64,000 nucleotides of DNA from Eledone cirrhosa (GCA_964016885.1 OZ024744.1:102548001-102612000); one strand, 5' to 3'; counted from the stretch's first letter, positions 28,423 through 41,070 are shown. The notes: generated by a model not told the origin, from the letters alone. A program made the numbers and translations.

Positions 28423-28704
28423 TACATCCATTTTCTCTCGTCTCTGCCTCTTTTAACCTCCTCCTCCTGCCGAGGTTTTCCTTCCCTCTCCTTATCTTGC
28501 TGTCAATAAGGCCTTGGACTCATGTCCAGCTGTTGGTTTCACTTCTCTTTCTCTCTCTCTTTCCCGGTTACTTACATATATGTTCTTCTCCTCATGTCAC
28601 CCCCCCCCTCCCTTTATCGCTGTTTTCTGTGAAAAAAGCACAGTAAACAGCGATAAAGGGAGGGGGAGGGGAACATGAGGAGAAGAACATATATGTAAGT
28701 AACC

Positions 28705-28747
<43 letters not shown>

Positions 28748-28867
28748 GTCAAATCAACAGCTGGACACGAGTCCAAGGCCTTATTGACAGCAAGATAAGG
28801 AGAGTGAAGGAAAACCTTGGCAGGAGGAGGAGGTGAAAAGAGGCAGAGACGAGAGAAAATGGATGTA
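28423..28867. repeat. Long inverted repeat, arms about 210-230 bp, 7-nt loop
   Basis: 28423-28631 is the reverse complement of 28639-28867 with scattered mismatches and a (GA)n length difference. Confidence 0.9.
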
Positions 28868-28902
28868 GTAAGGAAGCAGAGAGAAAGAGAGTATAAGTGA
28901 GT

Positions 28903-28960
<58 letters not shown>

Positions 28961-29319
28961 AAGAGAGAAAGGGAAAGAGTTAATAATAACAAGGGAGATG
29001 GAAAGAAAGAACAGGTCACAGCAAAAAGTTAATAAAAATTTAGAAGGAATAAGGGGGCTGTGTGGTTACTTGATAAAGTGTATTATATATAACACCTAGT
29101 TCCAGATAGAAAATGACAAACACAGAGCTACCAAAATAATGAGTGTTATTAGGTTCACGCTTTGGATCAAAGAAAGAGAAAGGGGTTGAGAAATAGTATA
29201 TACATATCTACCTACATATATACACATACGTACACACACATGCATACATGTATACATATATACATATATACATACACACATACATACATGTATACATACA
29301 TACAAACATGTATACATAG

Positions 29320-30175
29320 AGAGCAACTTCACATGACACCAGGAAGACTTAAGAAAAACAACTAGAGAGGTGATTTGGAGATACAAGATTTAAAACTCTA
29401 AACTCCAAACTACACCAGTTAAAACAACAACTCACAGAAAGACTAAAATATAAGTCAACAGCACATAAACAGCAAGTGCTAAATAGATTATTTGCCAGAG
29501 ATCCTAAATCGGTTTATCGCAGCTTCAATGAGAAAAGCTCAATCTCTGTAAATGACACTCCTTCTAAAGAACAGGTTGAGAGCTACTGGAGATCTGTATG
29601 GGGAACAAATGATGGATTTAACAGACAAACTAAATGGCTAAAAGAACTGAAACAGGAATACTGCCAGTATGTCCAGACAAAACAATATGACATAGATAGG
29701 TCAATACTGGAAACAGCTCTACAGAAAATGTCAAATAGAAAATCACCAGACCCAGACCTCATAACAGGATACTGGCTGAAGAATTTTACTTCCTATTGGC
29801 AAGATCTCATATGGTTGTTTAGAGAAACCATCAAATGCACACAAGAACTGCCACAATGGTTATCAACTGCCACTACTCTCCTCATATCCCAAAATAGCCA
29901 AACCACCCTTGCTAAAAATTACCACCCAATAGCCTGCCAGAACATCGAGTATAAATTATACACTGGGTGCCTTAATCTGTTCTTACAGGATCATAGTGCC
30001 ACCAACAACATCATAACACCTGAGCAAGCTGGTGGAAAGAGGGAGGTGTGGGGCTACATAGATCACCTACTAACAAATAAAATGATACAGGAAAAAACAG
30101 CAAAGAATTGCAGGAACATGACTGTGGTGTGGCTGGACTATCAGAAAGCTTTTGATAGTGCACCTCATGAGTTCA
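29320..30175 (+). mobile_element. R4/Dong-clade non-LTR retrotransposon RT fragment
   Basis: NRLFARDPKSVY, KSPDPDLITGYWLK, NYHPIACQNIEYKLYT, EQAGGKR, VWLDYQKAFDSAPH; these motifs are typical of R4/Dong RTs. Confidence 0.8.
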
Positions 30176-30771
30176 TCTGGTCGATTCCATCCGGACCTAC
30201 AAAGCAAGCAATGGCTGATCCTCCTTCCTTTGATGAGGTGGCGAAGGCCATTGTCAAATTAAACAGTGGCAAGTCACTTGGAAAGGATGGACTGAGTGCT
30301 GAGATCTTCAAGTGTGCTGGTGATAACTCCTTAAACCTCCTCACTGATCTCTTTGTGAATGTTTGGAATGAGGAAGATGTACTACAGGACTGGAAAGATG
30401 CATTGTTGGTGGAACTTTACAAAGGAAAGGGAGCCAAAGCTGACTGTAGCAACTACAGAAGTATTTCACTGCTATCTGTGGCTGGGAAGATCTTGTGCAG
30501 GATATTGTTGGACAGATTGATACAGCACATTGCTGTTGAAGTACTTCCTGAGTCCCAATGTGGCTTTAGGAATGGCAGAGGCACTGTTGACATGGTCTTC
30601 TCAGCCAAACAACTTCAGGAGAAATGCATTGAGCAGCACATGGACTTGTACCAAGTTTGTGTCGATCTGACCAAGGCATTTGACACAGTAAAGGAAGGCT
30701 TTGTGGGTTATTTTAGAGAGATTGGGCTGTCTCGAAAAGTTTGTGAACATACACAAGCTCTTCCACGATGA
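29476..30771 (+). pseudogene. 431-aa open frame fusing R4/Dong RT (N-terminal part) to RTE-BovB RT (C-terminal part)
   Basis: Two successive DxxKAFD motifs (DYQKAFDS and DLTKAFDT) and two SPG/NYR blocks in one frame; non-ATG start; no YADD in the frame. Confidence 0.75.
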
Positions 30772-32060
30772 CATGTAGGCATGAGTATACATCGGAGGTA
30801 AACTGACTGAGCCAATCTAGGTTGAAAATGGTGTCAAGCAAGCTGATATACCTGCACCGACTTTATTTGCCTTGTATTTCACAATGGTGTTCTTTATGGC
30901 TTTCAAAGATTGTCAACACAGTATCTATCTCAGATATTGCACTTCCGGCAAGCTGTTCAACCTCAGGCGTCTAACTGCTAATACAAAGGTACTGAGTACC
31001 TTGATCAGAGAATTTCTGTATGGAGATGATTGTGATCTCTTTGCACACTCCCAGAGTGATATGCAGCACCTTATGGATTCTTTTTCCAATACGTGCAGTG
31101 CTTTGGAACTGACAATCAGTCTGAAGAAGACTGTTGTTATGTACCAACCTTCTTTGGATAAAGTTTTCAATGAACTCTCCATATACATATATGGTCAAAA
31201 GCTGAAGACTGCTGACAGATTTGTGTATTCGAGGAGTTGGTCTGTGTGTTAGCAAAGCAAGTAAGTCATTTGGAAGGCTCAGTGACCGTCGGTGGTGCAG
31301 GCGAGGAATCACAATGAGGACCAAGGTGATAGTGTATGCTGCATGTGTACTGTCAGCTTTGCTGTATGCATGTGAGACTTAGGCTGCATACAATGGCATA
31401 TCAAAAGACTGGAACGGTTTCACCAGCAGTGTCTCAGAAAGATGCACGGTATCAAGTGACAGATGCATGTGAGTGATGTTGAGGTCCTTGGGAGAAACGA
31501 GTGTCAGAGCATTGAAAGTATCATCCACCAACGGCGTTTGCGATGGACCGGACACCTCTGCAGAATGGAGGATGATCGAATCCTGAAACAACTTTTGTAT
31601 GGCGAGCTTTGTGAGGGTAAAAGACCACCTCACAAGCCAAGGCTCCGATTCAAGGATTGTGTAAAGGACTTATTGTAAAAAACTGGTTTGATGATGGCTG
31701 ACTGGGAGATAGAAGCTCTTGAAAGAGAAACTTGGCGTGGAATGATGAATGATGGGGTCCATAATTTTGAGGACAGACGCATAGAGCACGGGAAGAGAAC
31801 CAGTGAACTATGATGTCCCTGGTAGTGTGAAGGTTCACAGGCATTCTGATGCAAGACCTTAGGCCAGTGAGATCCATAGTTGTCATCAATGTGCGAAGGA
31901 GTGCGAGTCTCTAGCAGGCTTGAAAAGCCATATCCGAGTGTCAAACATCTGAATCTGACAAGCGATTGCAATACTCTTAGTGTGAGTTTGCAGCCATCAT
32001 GTATGTATGTATGTATGTATGTATGTATGTATGTATGTATGTATGTATGTATGTATGTAT
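30176..32060 (+). mobile_element. 5'-truncated RTE-BovB LINE, disrupted, with (TATG)n tail
   Basis: GVKQ, FLYGDD, LRWTGHLCRMEDDRILKQLLYGEL, terminal CHQC...GLKSH finger, end gagtttgcagccatc(atgt)n; stops and frameshifts. Confidence 0.92.
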
Positions 32061-32071
32061 GTATATATGTG

Positions 32072-32103
<32 letters not shown>

Positions 32104-32108
32104 GTTTT

Positions 32109-32177
32109 AATATAGATGAGATTCTACAGGACTAGAACTGTTTCATTCTTTAGAAATCATCAGGAATCATCTATATT
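32109..32177 (-). ncRNA. Type I hammerhead ribozyme motif with GUA cleavage triplet
   Basis: Minus strand: aatatagatgattc-CTGATGA-tttctaaagaat-GAAA-cag(ttctagtc)ctg-TA-gaatctcatctatatt; degenerate relative at about 11462-11516. Confidence 0.75.
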
Positions 32178-32572
32178 ATAACGTATATATATATATATAT
32201 ATATATCATCATCATCATCATCAAGGTTTAGCGTCGGTGTTCCACGCTTGCATGGGTTTGGACTGGGGTTTTCCCACTTGAGGCAAGAGTGGTTGTCTTG
32301 CTCGCATAGGCCTGTCTGGCGGGTTTTCTACAGCTGGATGCCCTTCCTAACACCAACCACATTTACAATGTGGGGCTGGGAGGTTTTTACCGTGTTGCCT
32401 ACATGGCCACATTACAGCGTGGACTGTGTGTTTTTTTTGTCGTGATATATATATATATATATATATCAGGTTTCGCACATACATACTTACATACATATAT
32501 ATATATAAGCTTCTCGCTACAATAGTTTCTATACTTTTCAACTTTTCATTTATATATATATATATATATACG

Positions 32573-32639
<67 letters not shown>

Positions 32640-32755
32640 GTTGGATTCACAATCGTGAGGTTGTGAGTTCAATTCCCAGACTAGGTGGTATGTTGTGTCC
32701 ATGAAACTTCATGTGCATAAATTATTGGAAGTAAGTCAGTCTTATTGTGACTTAA

Positions 32756-32974
32756 CCCTTTAATGTTCAAAGTGGTCAAAACCGGCCAAAATTCTCTACC
32801 TCTTTCTGGTGAAACTGGCTGTAACTGGTCACTCAAACTGATGTTAAGGTATTGTTCTCAAAATAAATACTTTCAAAATCCATAGATTCAATATTATGTG
32901 AGATAATTATGCAAGATAAAGCCTTTACCATGAAAATATAATAGTATATATAAAATAATGTGAATGCTAAAGGG
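32756..32974. mobile_element. piggyBac-type MITE
   Basis: TTAA on both sides; terminal inverted repeats ccctttaatgttca / tgaatgctaaaggg. Confidence 0.75.
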
Positions 32975-33462
32975 TTAATAAAGTTATTGTAATAATCTTA
33001 ATCATTTGTGCAAGACACTTTTGCTCTAGTTCAATCAACTGAAGAAATAAGTTGTGATGTCACCAGTGCCAAGCCATAACAGTCTTTGGCTTTCTTTCCT
33101 TGGATATCATATATAGTGTATATATAATATATAATGTATTCATAGTGTGTATATAGTGTATATATTAGTTGCAATGTCACTGTTATAAGCTGTATCGGCC
33201 TGTGCCTTTTCCTTGATCAACATCGGTGGCGTAGACAGGGGGACTAGTATGAATGGGTGACTAATGGTCATCAACAAACAACCTTTCCTAGGCTTGTGCC
33301 TTGGAGAGAAATTTCCTAGGTGTAAAACCCATGGACGACCACGATCAAAGGGGAACTTTTATGTATGTATGTACGTATGTATATATATCATCATTCATTC
33401 ATCATTTCATTTTACGTCCACTTTTCCCTGCTTCCAAGGGTATGTATATATGTATGTATGTA

Positions 33463-33935
33463 TGGTCGGGTCGTCAGCGAATAAACTGGCAACCCCACCA
33501 AGCTTGCTTTGTGAGGAGGGTGATATTTGGACACCCTGCGGGATGAAATACAAGACCCAGCAAAGGGTGGAGGAACTGAGCAGAGTCAACAGCCATCCAA
33601 AGAGTACTTGTTGTTTTGTTTTTTTCGTCTGGGAATGAAAGGGCCCCAGTTGTTTGCACAACACCTTTCTAGGAGAGTGGAAACTCTGAAAAAAAAAAAC
33701 CTGCGGCTTCGGAAGCATCCAATGATGTTGACAAGTTCTCCTTGTTTTTGATACTCAGTGAGTGGGATTGGTCAAGTGCAAGGCCTTTCCCCACTTAAAA
33801 AACCTTCAAAGCACAGGCATTACTTGTTCAGGTTATGTTACAGGTTTGTGTGACTAGCCGTATCCTAAAAGTGCACCAAACCCTGTAATCTGACAAGTGA
33901 TTGCAGTACTCTTAGCAGAGTTTGCAGCCATCATG
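33463..33935 (+). mobile_element. RTE-derived bipartite non-autonomous element, (TATG)n-flanked
   Basis: 3' end aatctgacaagtgattgcagtactcttagcagagtttgcagccatc matches RTE 31952-31998; carries the tctaggagagtggaaactctg motif. Confidence 0.75.
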
Positions 33936-34029
33936 TATGTATGTATGTATGTATGTATGTATGTATGTATGTATGTATGTATGTATGTATGTATGAATGT
34001 ATGTATGTATGCATGTATGTATGTATGTG

Positions 34030-34645
34030 TTGGGTCACTCTTGAGTGCTACTGGTAACATGTAACCCAGTACAACCTGTTGCATGGTCGGGTTGTTGGCG
34101 ACTAAACCGGCAACCCCACCAAGTTTACTTTGTGAGGAGGGTGATTTTGGACACCCTGCAGGACAAAAAACAAAACCTGACAAAGGGTGGAAGAACTCAT
34201 AAGAGTCAACGGCCATCTAAAAATGTGTAAATATGTATATACATGTGTATATATGTGTATATGTATATATGTATACATATGTGTATATATGTGCACGGAC
34301 ATAGAAATAATCGGGCTGGATATCCGATCGCGCATTAAACCACTGGGCGTGAAGGACCCCTAGCCTTTGTCAGGACGTTCTTCTAGAAAAAGGCAACTCA
34401 GGAAACTGGGATAACTCCGACATAAAACCTGCGACTCAGTAGTTACCGATGATATTGATCTTTTCTTCTTTTCGGGTTATAGCTACTGTCGCTCAGAGAG
34501 TGGGATTGGCTCAGTGCACAGTCTTTCCTCACTTTAAAAATAATCTTCACGCACAGGCATTACACGATAGAATTAATTGATAATTATTAATAATGTTATA
34601 TTGTGCAATGGCCATACTCGATAATGAGGGGGCAGCCATCATGTA
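34030..34645 (+). mobile_element. RTE-derived non-autonomous element (second subfamily), (TATG)n-flanked
   Basis: Shares its 5' block with the 33463 element and ends atactcgataatgagggggcagccatc(atgt)n; paralogues at 53450-54372 and 63973-64000 (minus). Confidence 0.75.
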
Positions 34646-35019
34646 TGTATGTATGTGTGTGTATGTAGATATGTATGTGTATGTATATATATATGTATGT
34701 GTGCTTTAAAAGGAAGGAATTGAACAAAGGAAGAGGAAGGAGAGGAAAAAGAGTACTCAATACCAAAAGTAGAGATGTAATATATTTAATGGAAGCTTAA
34801 AACTCCACTAACTGTTAGTGGAAGGTTTGTGTTTCCAACATTTAGGTGGTAATGAAGGGTTATACTGTAACTAGTATTTTTAACATAATCTTAGGTAGTA
34901 GTTAAGGTTGAATTATATTATAACTAGTCAGAAGTTTCAATTTGATGTTCTTGTGGAAAGCATGGTCTTAGTCTGGTGTGCCCCTATTTTGAATTTCCAA
35001 CTGGAACGTCAAGTGCCAC

Positions 35020-35359
35020 TCCAGTATCTTCTTCACCCGATACATGGATGATATACTCATCCTCACATCATCCCGTCAAGAGGCTGACATAATATCTACG
35101 ACATTCTCAAACATAGATAACAACATAAGATTTACCGTAGAACACCCCGATAAACATAGTCCCTTATCTCTGCTGGACTTCCAGCTTAGTATAACAGAAG
35201 AAGGTACTATATACACCAACTTCTCTAGGAAAGCCACCAGCAGAGACCTGTATAGATCAGCCCTTCCCCTTGGTGCTAAAACCGAATACATAAGAAATGA
35301 ACTTATGCATATCCAGAATAAATGCAGCAAGACAGAGGACCAGATGACTCACACTGCAC

Positions 35360-35442
<83 letters not shown>

Positions 35443-36200
35443 CATCATTTAATTGTCTAAAAAGCAATCCAGAGACAACAACAATCAATGCCCGCTGACT
35501 AAGTGCCCTATCCACGATACAGCTATGTGCCAGCGGACACATGTGGTATACTGGATTGAATGCAACAAATGTAAGGAGTTCTACATTGGTAGCACAACTC
35601 AAGCACTCCACACTCACATTAAACACACACGCATCTTTATTTAATAAACACATTAACAAATGCAGAAATACCAACAAAAATATAACTGTCAATATTGAAG
35701 CCAGAGAAAGAAATGTGGGCAATTTAAGAATTAAGGAAGCCTTGCTCATACGTAGACTCAACCCACAAATAAATAACAGAATGGAACTCAGCACACAATA
35801 CTTGACATAAAAGGATACACCCACACACATACACATGCAACTTAAACAACATCTCACACAAGAAAATTGATTCCATAAAATCTTATATACATCATTTGAC
35901 ATCATCTTCCAGCTTCTCATGAATACTAAAGCAAACATTAAACAATGTTTGAAAGTGGTTTATAAATTTTTAATTCAAATCTAATTTTAAAGAGAAGATA
36001 CTGAAACATTTTTGTGTGAGAGTTCCTTATACTCTGAAGAAGGGAATTTTAAGTGCTGAAATATTAGGAGGAAAGAAACAAGCCCCCCAAGATTACCAGG
36101 TAACTAACTTTTTAGTTACCTTCATCTTACTTTCTATTTTGCATTGTTTAACCATAGTATATATATCACTTTCCACATTATATATTATATACAATACTTT
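35020..36200 (+). mobile_element. Penelope-like element remnant (RT + GIY-YIG + pLTR)
   Basis: RYMDDILIL and LSLLDFQL RT motifs; VVYWIECNKCKEFYIGST GIY-YIG motif; LRIKEALLIRRLNPQIN terminus; interrupted by (CAT)n at 35359-35447; CTGAAGA...GAAATATTA hammerhead core at 36034-36066. Confidence 0.88.
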
Positions 36201-36235
36201 AAGCAAACTACATTTTATTATATATACATAACAGG

Positions 36236-36422
36236 TTGGTGGATTGGCAGTATTGGTAGAGGGTCGGATGCCATGCTTTCCAGCATAGTTACGTCCCTTT
36301 ACGGTCTGAGTTCAAATCCCGCCGAGGTTTACTTTGCCTTTCATCCTTACGGGGTCAATAAAATAAAGTACCAGTAATGCACTGGGTAATTGCTGGCCTT
36401 GTGCCTAAAGTAGAAACAACTA
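36236..36422 (+). mobile_element. tRNA-derived SINE (Meta-domain-like body)
   Basis: Full match to the 58428 family. Confidence 0.85.
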
Positions 36423-36747
36423 TATATACATAACCAAATTAAAAGATATCCATAGAGAGAAAGACCATATATTGTAAAAGAAACATGGTATATTATATAT
36501 ATATCAAATACATATTCTATAGAATAATAATATGTACACACATATATATGTGTATGTGTGTGTGTGTGCAGGCCAATATTTAACACCATTCCAGCACCAA
36601 CCACAAGATACCGTATCTATGATGGACAATCTGCATAGCGTTGAGTGATTTTGTTTATTGCATCATGGACTGCTAATTGGAATCACCATATCTACCCATT
36701 AGTTAAAACCATCCAACATAAACGGAATCCAGGCCAATGTGTGTGTG

Positions 36748-36781
<34 letters not shown>

Positions 36782-36807
36782 AAGAGAGACATATGAAAAT
36801 TCACACA

Positions 36808-37745
36808 CATCATCATCATCATCATCATCATCATCGTTTAACATCCATTTTCCACGCTAGCATGGGTCTGGACGGGAATTGTCCCACTTGAGGCAAGATT
36901 GGTTGTCTTGCTCAGGACTGTCTGGCGGGTTTTCTACGGCTGGATGCCCTTCCTAACACCAACCACGTTTACAGTGTGGACTGGGAGGTTTTTACCGTGT
37001 TACCTACACGGCCACATTACAGCGTGGACTGTGTGTTTTATTGTCGTGACACTTACATGTCTGGCGGGTTTTCTACGGATGGGTGCCCTTCCCAACACCA
37101 ACCATGTTTACAGTGTGTACTGGGAGGTTTTTACCGTGTTACCTACACGGCCACATTACAGCGTGGACTGTGTGTTTTATTGTCGTGACACTTACATGTC
37201 TGGCGGGTTTTCTACGGATGGGTGCCCTTCCCAACACCAACCATGTTTACAGTGTGTACTGGGAGGTTTTTACTGTGTTACCTACACGGCTACATTACAG
37301 CGTGGACTGTGTGTTTTTTTGTCGTGACACCTACACGACCTCATTTGTTTCGGACTGGATGTTGTGGTACCAACATAACTTCACAATTAAGGGGTGGTGT
37401 GGATGGGGTGGGGGTAGTGGGACGGGGGTGCATTTTGTTAGAGGTGCCTACTGACTGTAGGTTTCACTTTGTACTTAGGCAAGGTGGGTCTTCTGTATAA
37501 CTGTGTAGCGCCAAAGATCTCGGTCCAGTGACATTGTCTTGGAGAGGTGTAAGTGTGTGAGGTCGGAATTTATCAAGTCGTCCCAGGTTTTTCTGGGTCT
37601 GCCTACTTCGTGGCTACCGTCTATTTTTATCGCCCTGCACTTTTTTATACAGCTGTCGTCTTTCATGCGCATCACGTGACCGTACCAACGTAGTCTTCTC
37701 TCGAGTAAACAACATCTGATCCCTCTTATTCCTAATTTCTCCCTT
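36808..37745 (-). mobile_element. RTE 3' fragment plus RTE-tail SINE body, with a 3 x 139-bp internal tandem repeat (36919-37331)
   Basis: ORF 37475-37675 GRPRKTWDD; (CAT)n tail; tctggcggg recurs at 36921, 37060 and 37199. Confidence 0.8.
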
Positions 37746-38289
37746 ATATATATATATATATATATACATTTAAATTTGGTGGTTTACCACTGGGTAGAAT
37801 TGGTCATTCTGCAATGTTAATCATGATGTAATTAAAGGAAAGCACTCAACATTATGCAACTCTTCCATCTTCGATGTTGAATCATGTTAGTGGTGTGGGA
37901 ACGGAGTAAATCTACTTATATATATAACCAGCAATTTCTCTGTCTGTCTGTCCGACAGTGGAAACACGTGCGTAGAGAGAGAGTGAGAGTGAAAGAAAGA
38001 GACAGACTACGAGAGGGGGATAGCGGGAGGGAGAGAGGGAGAGAGAGAGAGAGTGAATAGACACTAAAACACGTGCTACAGAAACATTACCTTCCCCTCT
38101 CCACTGACTTTGGTCACTGAGGCCGAGGAAATCGCGCTGAGCGCGTCATAATGACGTAATGCAGACAGCCAGACATACAGACAGATATTATAAGGGCGCA
38201 ACGTTATATCTATGTATCTATCTAAAAAGAAAGACTAAGAATTATATAGAGAGAACGCTAAATCGCCTAATGCGGTCCCTAGGGCATTG

Positions 38290-38730
38290 AAAATTTGAAA
38301 TCATTTTTGCTCAAAACACTCACAGGACCATAAGTATTACATGTCTAAAGTTTGAAAACAATCGGTTGGATGGTTCTCAAGTTTTAGTGAGCTGACAGAC
38401 AGACAGACATTCTCTGTTTTAGATATATAGACTAGCAGAAAACTGCCCCCCGAGTGGTTTTCTGCTAGTCTATACATATAAAACTGATGTTGTCTGTGTG
38501 TGTGTGTCCTCATTTTTGCAAAGTCTATACAAATCCACATTTCTACTCCGATTGACTTCAAACTTGCATTTATATATTCCTTGTGGTCTAAAGATACTAA
38601 CTGCAGCTTTTATTTTTCAATTTTCTGTTGTTAAAGGAGTGTTAGGCGCCGGTTATCGATCTCCGTCGCGCTCTTATAATATCTGTCTGTATGCCTGGCT
38701 CTCTTCATTACGACATTCTGACGAACAGTG
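38290..38730. mobile_element. Two divergently oriented non-autonomous Helitron-like 5' segments joined through inverted 3' ends
   Basis: TCtata..aaaac + (GTCT/GT)n 5' ends on both strands; central ctagcagaaaac / gttttctgctag. Confidence 0.6.
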
Positions 38731-38933
38731 ATGACGTATTATGTTCACTATTATCCGTTCATTGCCAGGGAACGTTTTCACGAACCAAAGTATCGTCTTC
38801 CTGTTTTCCTTCGGTTGCAACGTTTTTCGAAATATTTACTTCTGCGTTCACAGATTGATGTTTTTAGTTTCAGAAGATCCTGTTAAGGGTGAAAGCAACG
38901 ATTCTTTGCTTAAACTTTAATCTGTTATTTTAA

Positions 38934-39624
38934 TCTATATATGTATATATATATAAAACTGAGGAATGATGTATGTATGTATGTATGTATGTATGTATGT
39001 ATGTATGTATGTATGTATGTATGTATGTATGTATGTATGTATGTGTGTGTGTGTTGTGTGTGTGTGTGTGTGAAAATCGAGAAGTACCCAACCGATCTTT
39101 CTCAAACTTTACATGTGTATTATTTATATTTCAGGGAGTGTTATGTACATAAAATTCAACTTTTTGATCCCCTAGAGCCCACATTAGGTGAAACACTGCG
39201 TTTTTTCCAGCTTTTTAGGGTTTTTTTGAGGTGTTACGTCAGACTGATTTCCTTGAAATTGTAACTATGTATAAGTCAATCTCTTCTTCATACCGTTAGC
39301 AAAGAAAATCCAACTTTTTTATGGCCTTTTTTTCAGCTTTTTAAGGCTTGTTTGAGGCGCTACGTCTAGCCGATTTTCCCGAAATTTCAAGGCTTATTAT
39401 GCACATAAAAAAATTCATTTTCTTGATCCCCTAGGGCCCGCATTAGGTGAAAACCTGCCCTTTTCCTGCTTCATCGAGGAAAATCTTAGATTATCAAGCC
39501 ATCAGAGTATTCGGTTTATTTTCTTTACATATTGTCCAGGGATGCAGTTTTTCCACAATTAGGTCTGTTGGCGGCCTGCGTTCCAAAATACCTTATCCCA
39601 TGCAACGCCGGGTACCACTGCTAG
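38934..39624 (+). mobile_element. Non-autonomous Helitron
   Basis: 5' TC after A, internal (TATG)n, subterminal hairpin cccatgcaacgccggg, 3' CTAG before T. Confidence 0.75.
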
Positions 39625-39690
39625 TGTATTATAAAGTGAAATTACAGGAAGCCAAATATGTTGAATTTCCTTAGTTTTTTATTTCTGCAA

Positions 39691-39748
39691 ACACTATGCA
39701 CATTTCAGAGGCCTGGTTGCGTAAGAACCCGGTGACCTCATCAGGTGT
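39691..39748 (-). ncRNA. Type I hammerhead ribozyme motif
   Basis: Minus strand: acac-CTGATGA-ggtcaccgggttcttacgcaaccaggcctct-GAAA-tgtgca-TA-gtgt. Confidence 0.7.
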
Positions 39749-39876
39749 AAATTGCGTAATAGACGTATACCAACAGAATGGTGGTAAACCTTAAGGAAAC
39801 AAGCACAGAAAAAGAGAGGAAAAAATGTGTGTTGATGCTTTTGACTCAGAGAGGAAAGAGCCAGTATGTTGCCAGT

Positions 39877-40003
<127 letters not shown>

Positions 40004-40045
40004 TGTGTATATATATGTGTGTGTGCATGTCTCTGTCTCTCTCAG

Positions 40046-40102
<57 letters not shown>

Positions 40103-40421
40103 TATATAATATATAAACATATGAAGACACACTCACACACACACACACGTATATATGTCTTCATAATATACATATTGCATAATACATAATTATTACTGTG
40201 AAAAACAGCCTATGGGAAAAAGATGTAGTACTCTTAAAAATGCAGACAAAATATAATGACTGAATGGTAAAGTGATTAGCAGATTTCATTTTGAAAATAG
40301 GATTATATGCTTTTAATACATTAAAGTATAGTGTTACATAAGTACATATATCAACATGTACGACACTCACATATATTATATATTATATATTATATATATC
40401 ATATGTATATATATGTATATA

Positions 40422-40524
<103 letters not shown>

Positions 40525-40765
40525 GTATATATATACCTATATATATATATATATACATATATGTATATATACATATATATATATATTTATATATATATAC
40601 ACACATATATATATATACATACATATACAGTCCAGAATTAGCCGTCGAAATGGCTTGAGCTCAGCCGTCGGGGTCCTACTCGTTCCTATTACCCACTCTA
40701 CTACCCTAAGTATTGAGTACTTTGGTGCGTTATGGTCCACCTGGTTCCTTACCACATTTCCTTCG

Positions 40766-40825
<60 letters not shown>

Positions 40826-40829
<4 letters not shown>

Positions 40830-41070
40830 TTAGTGGTTAGAGCATTGGGCTTGCAATCGAAAGGTTGTGAGTTCAATTCTCAGACTGGGTGATGTGTTGT
40901 TTCCTTTATTTCACATTGCTCTTTATTTCACATTGCTCCAGTTTACTCAGCTGTAAAAATGAGATGATAGGGACTGGGGTCCCTATCATTCCACTGCAAA
41001 GTGGTCGTGGAGGTGCCACAGCAAAAAAGCACCCAGCACTCACTGTAAATGAGGTTGGTGTTAGGAAGTT
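40826..41070 (+). mobile_element. tRNA-derived SINE (CORE-like body), partial
   Basis: A-box tggcttagtgg, B-box gagttcaattc; near-identical to the minus copy at 52262-52640. Confidence 0.8.

Noticed and set aside
35359-35447. Poly-His, poly-Met and poly-Asp ORFs (also 49962-50162) and HT-repeat ORFs at 50.4 kb
   Set aside because: (CAT)n and (CA)n microsatellites, often retroelement tails
38868-38920. Hammerhead in the cagaagatcc...gaaagc repeat (also 61.78 kb and 63.59 kb)
   Set aside because: Core is CAGAAGA and no convincing stem I closes the motif
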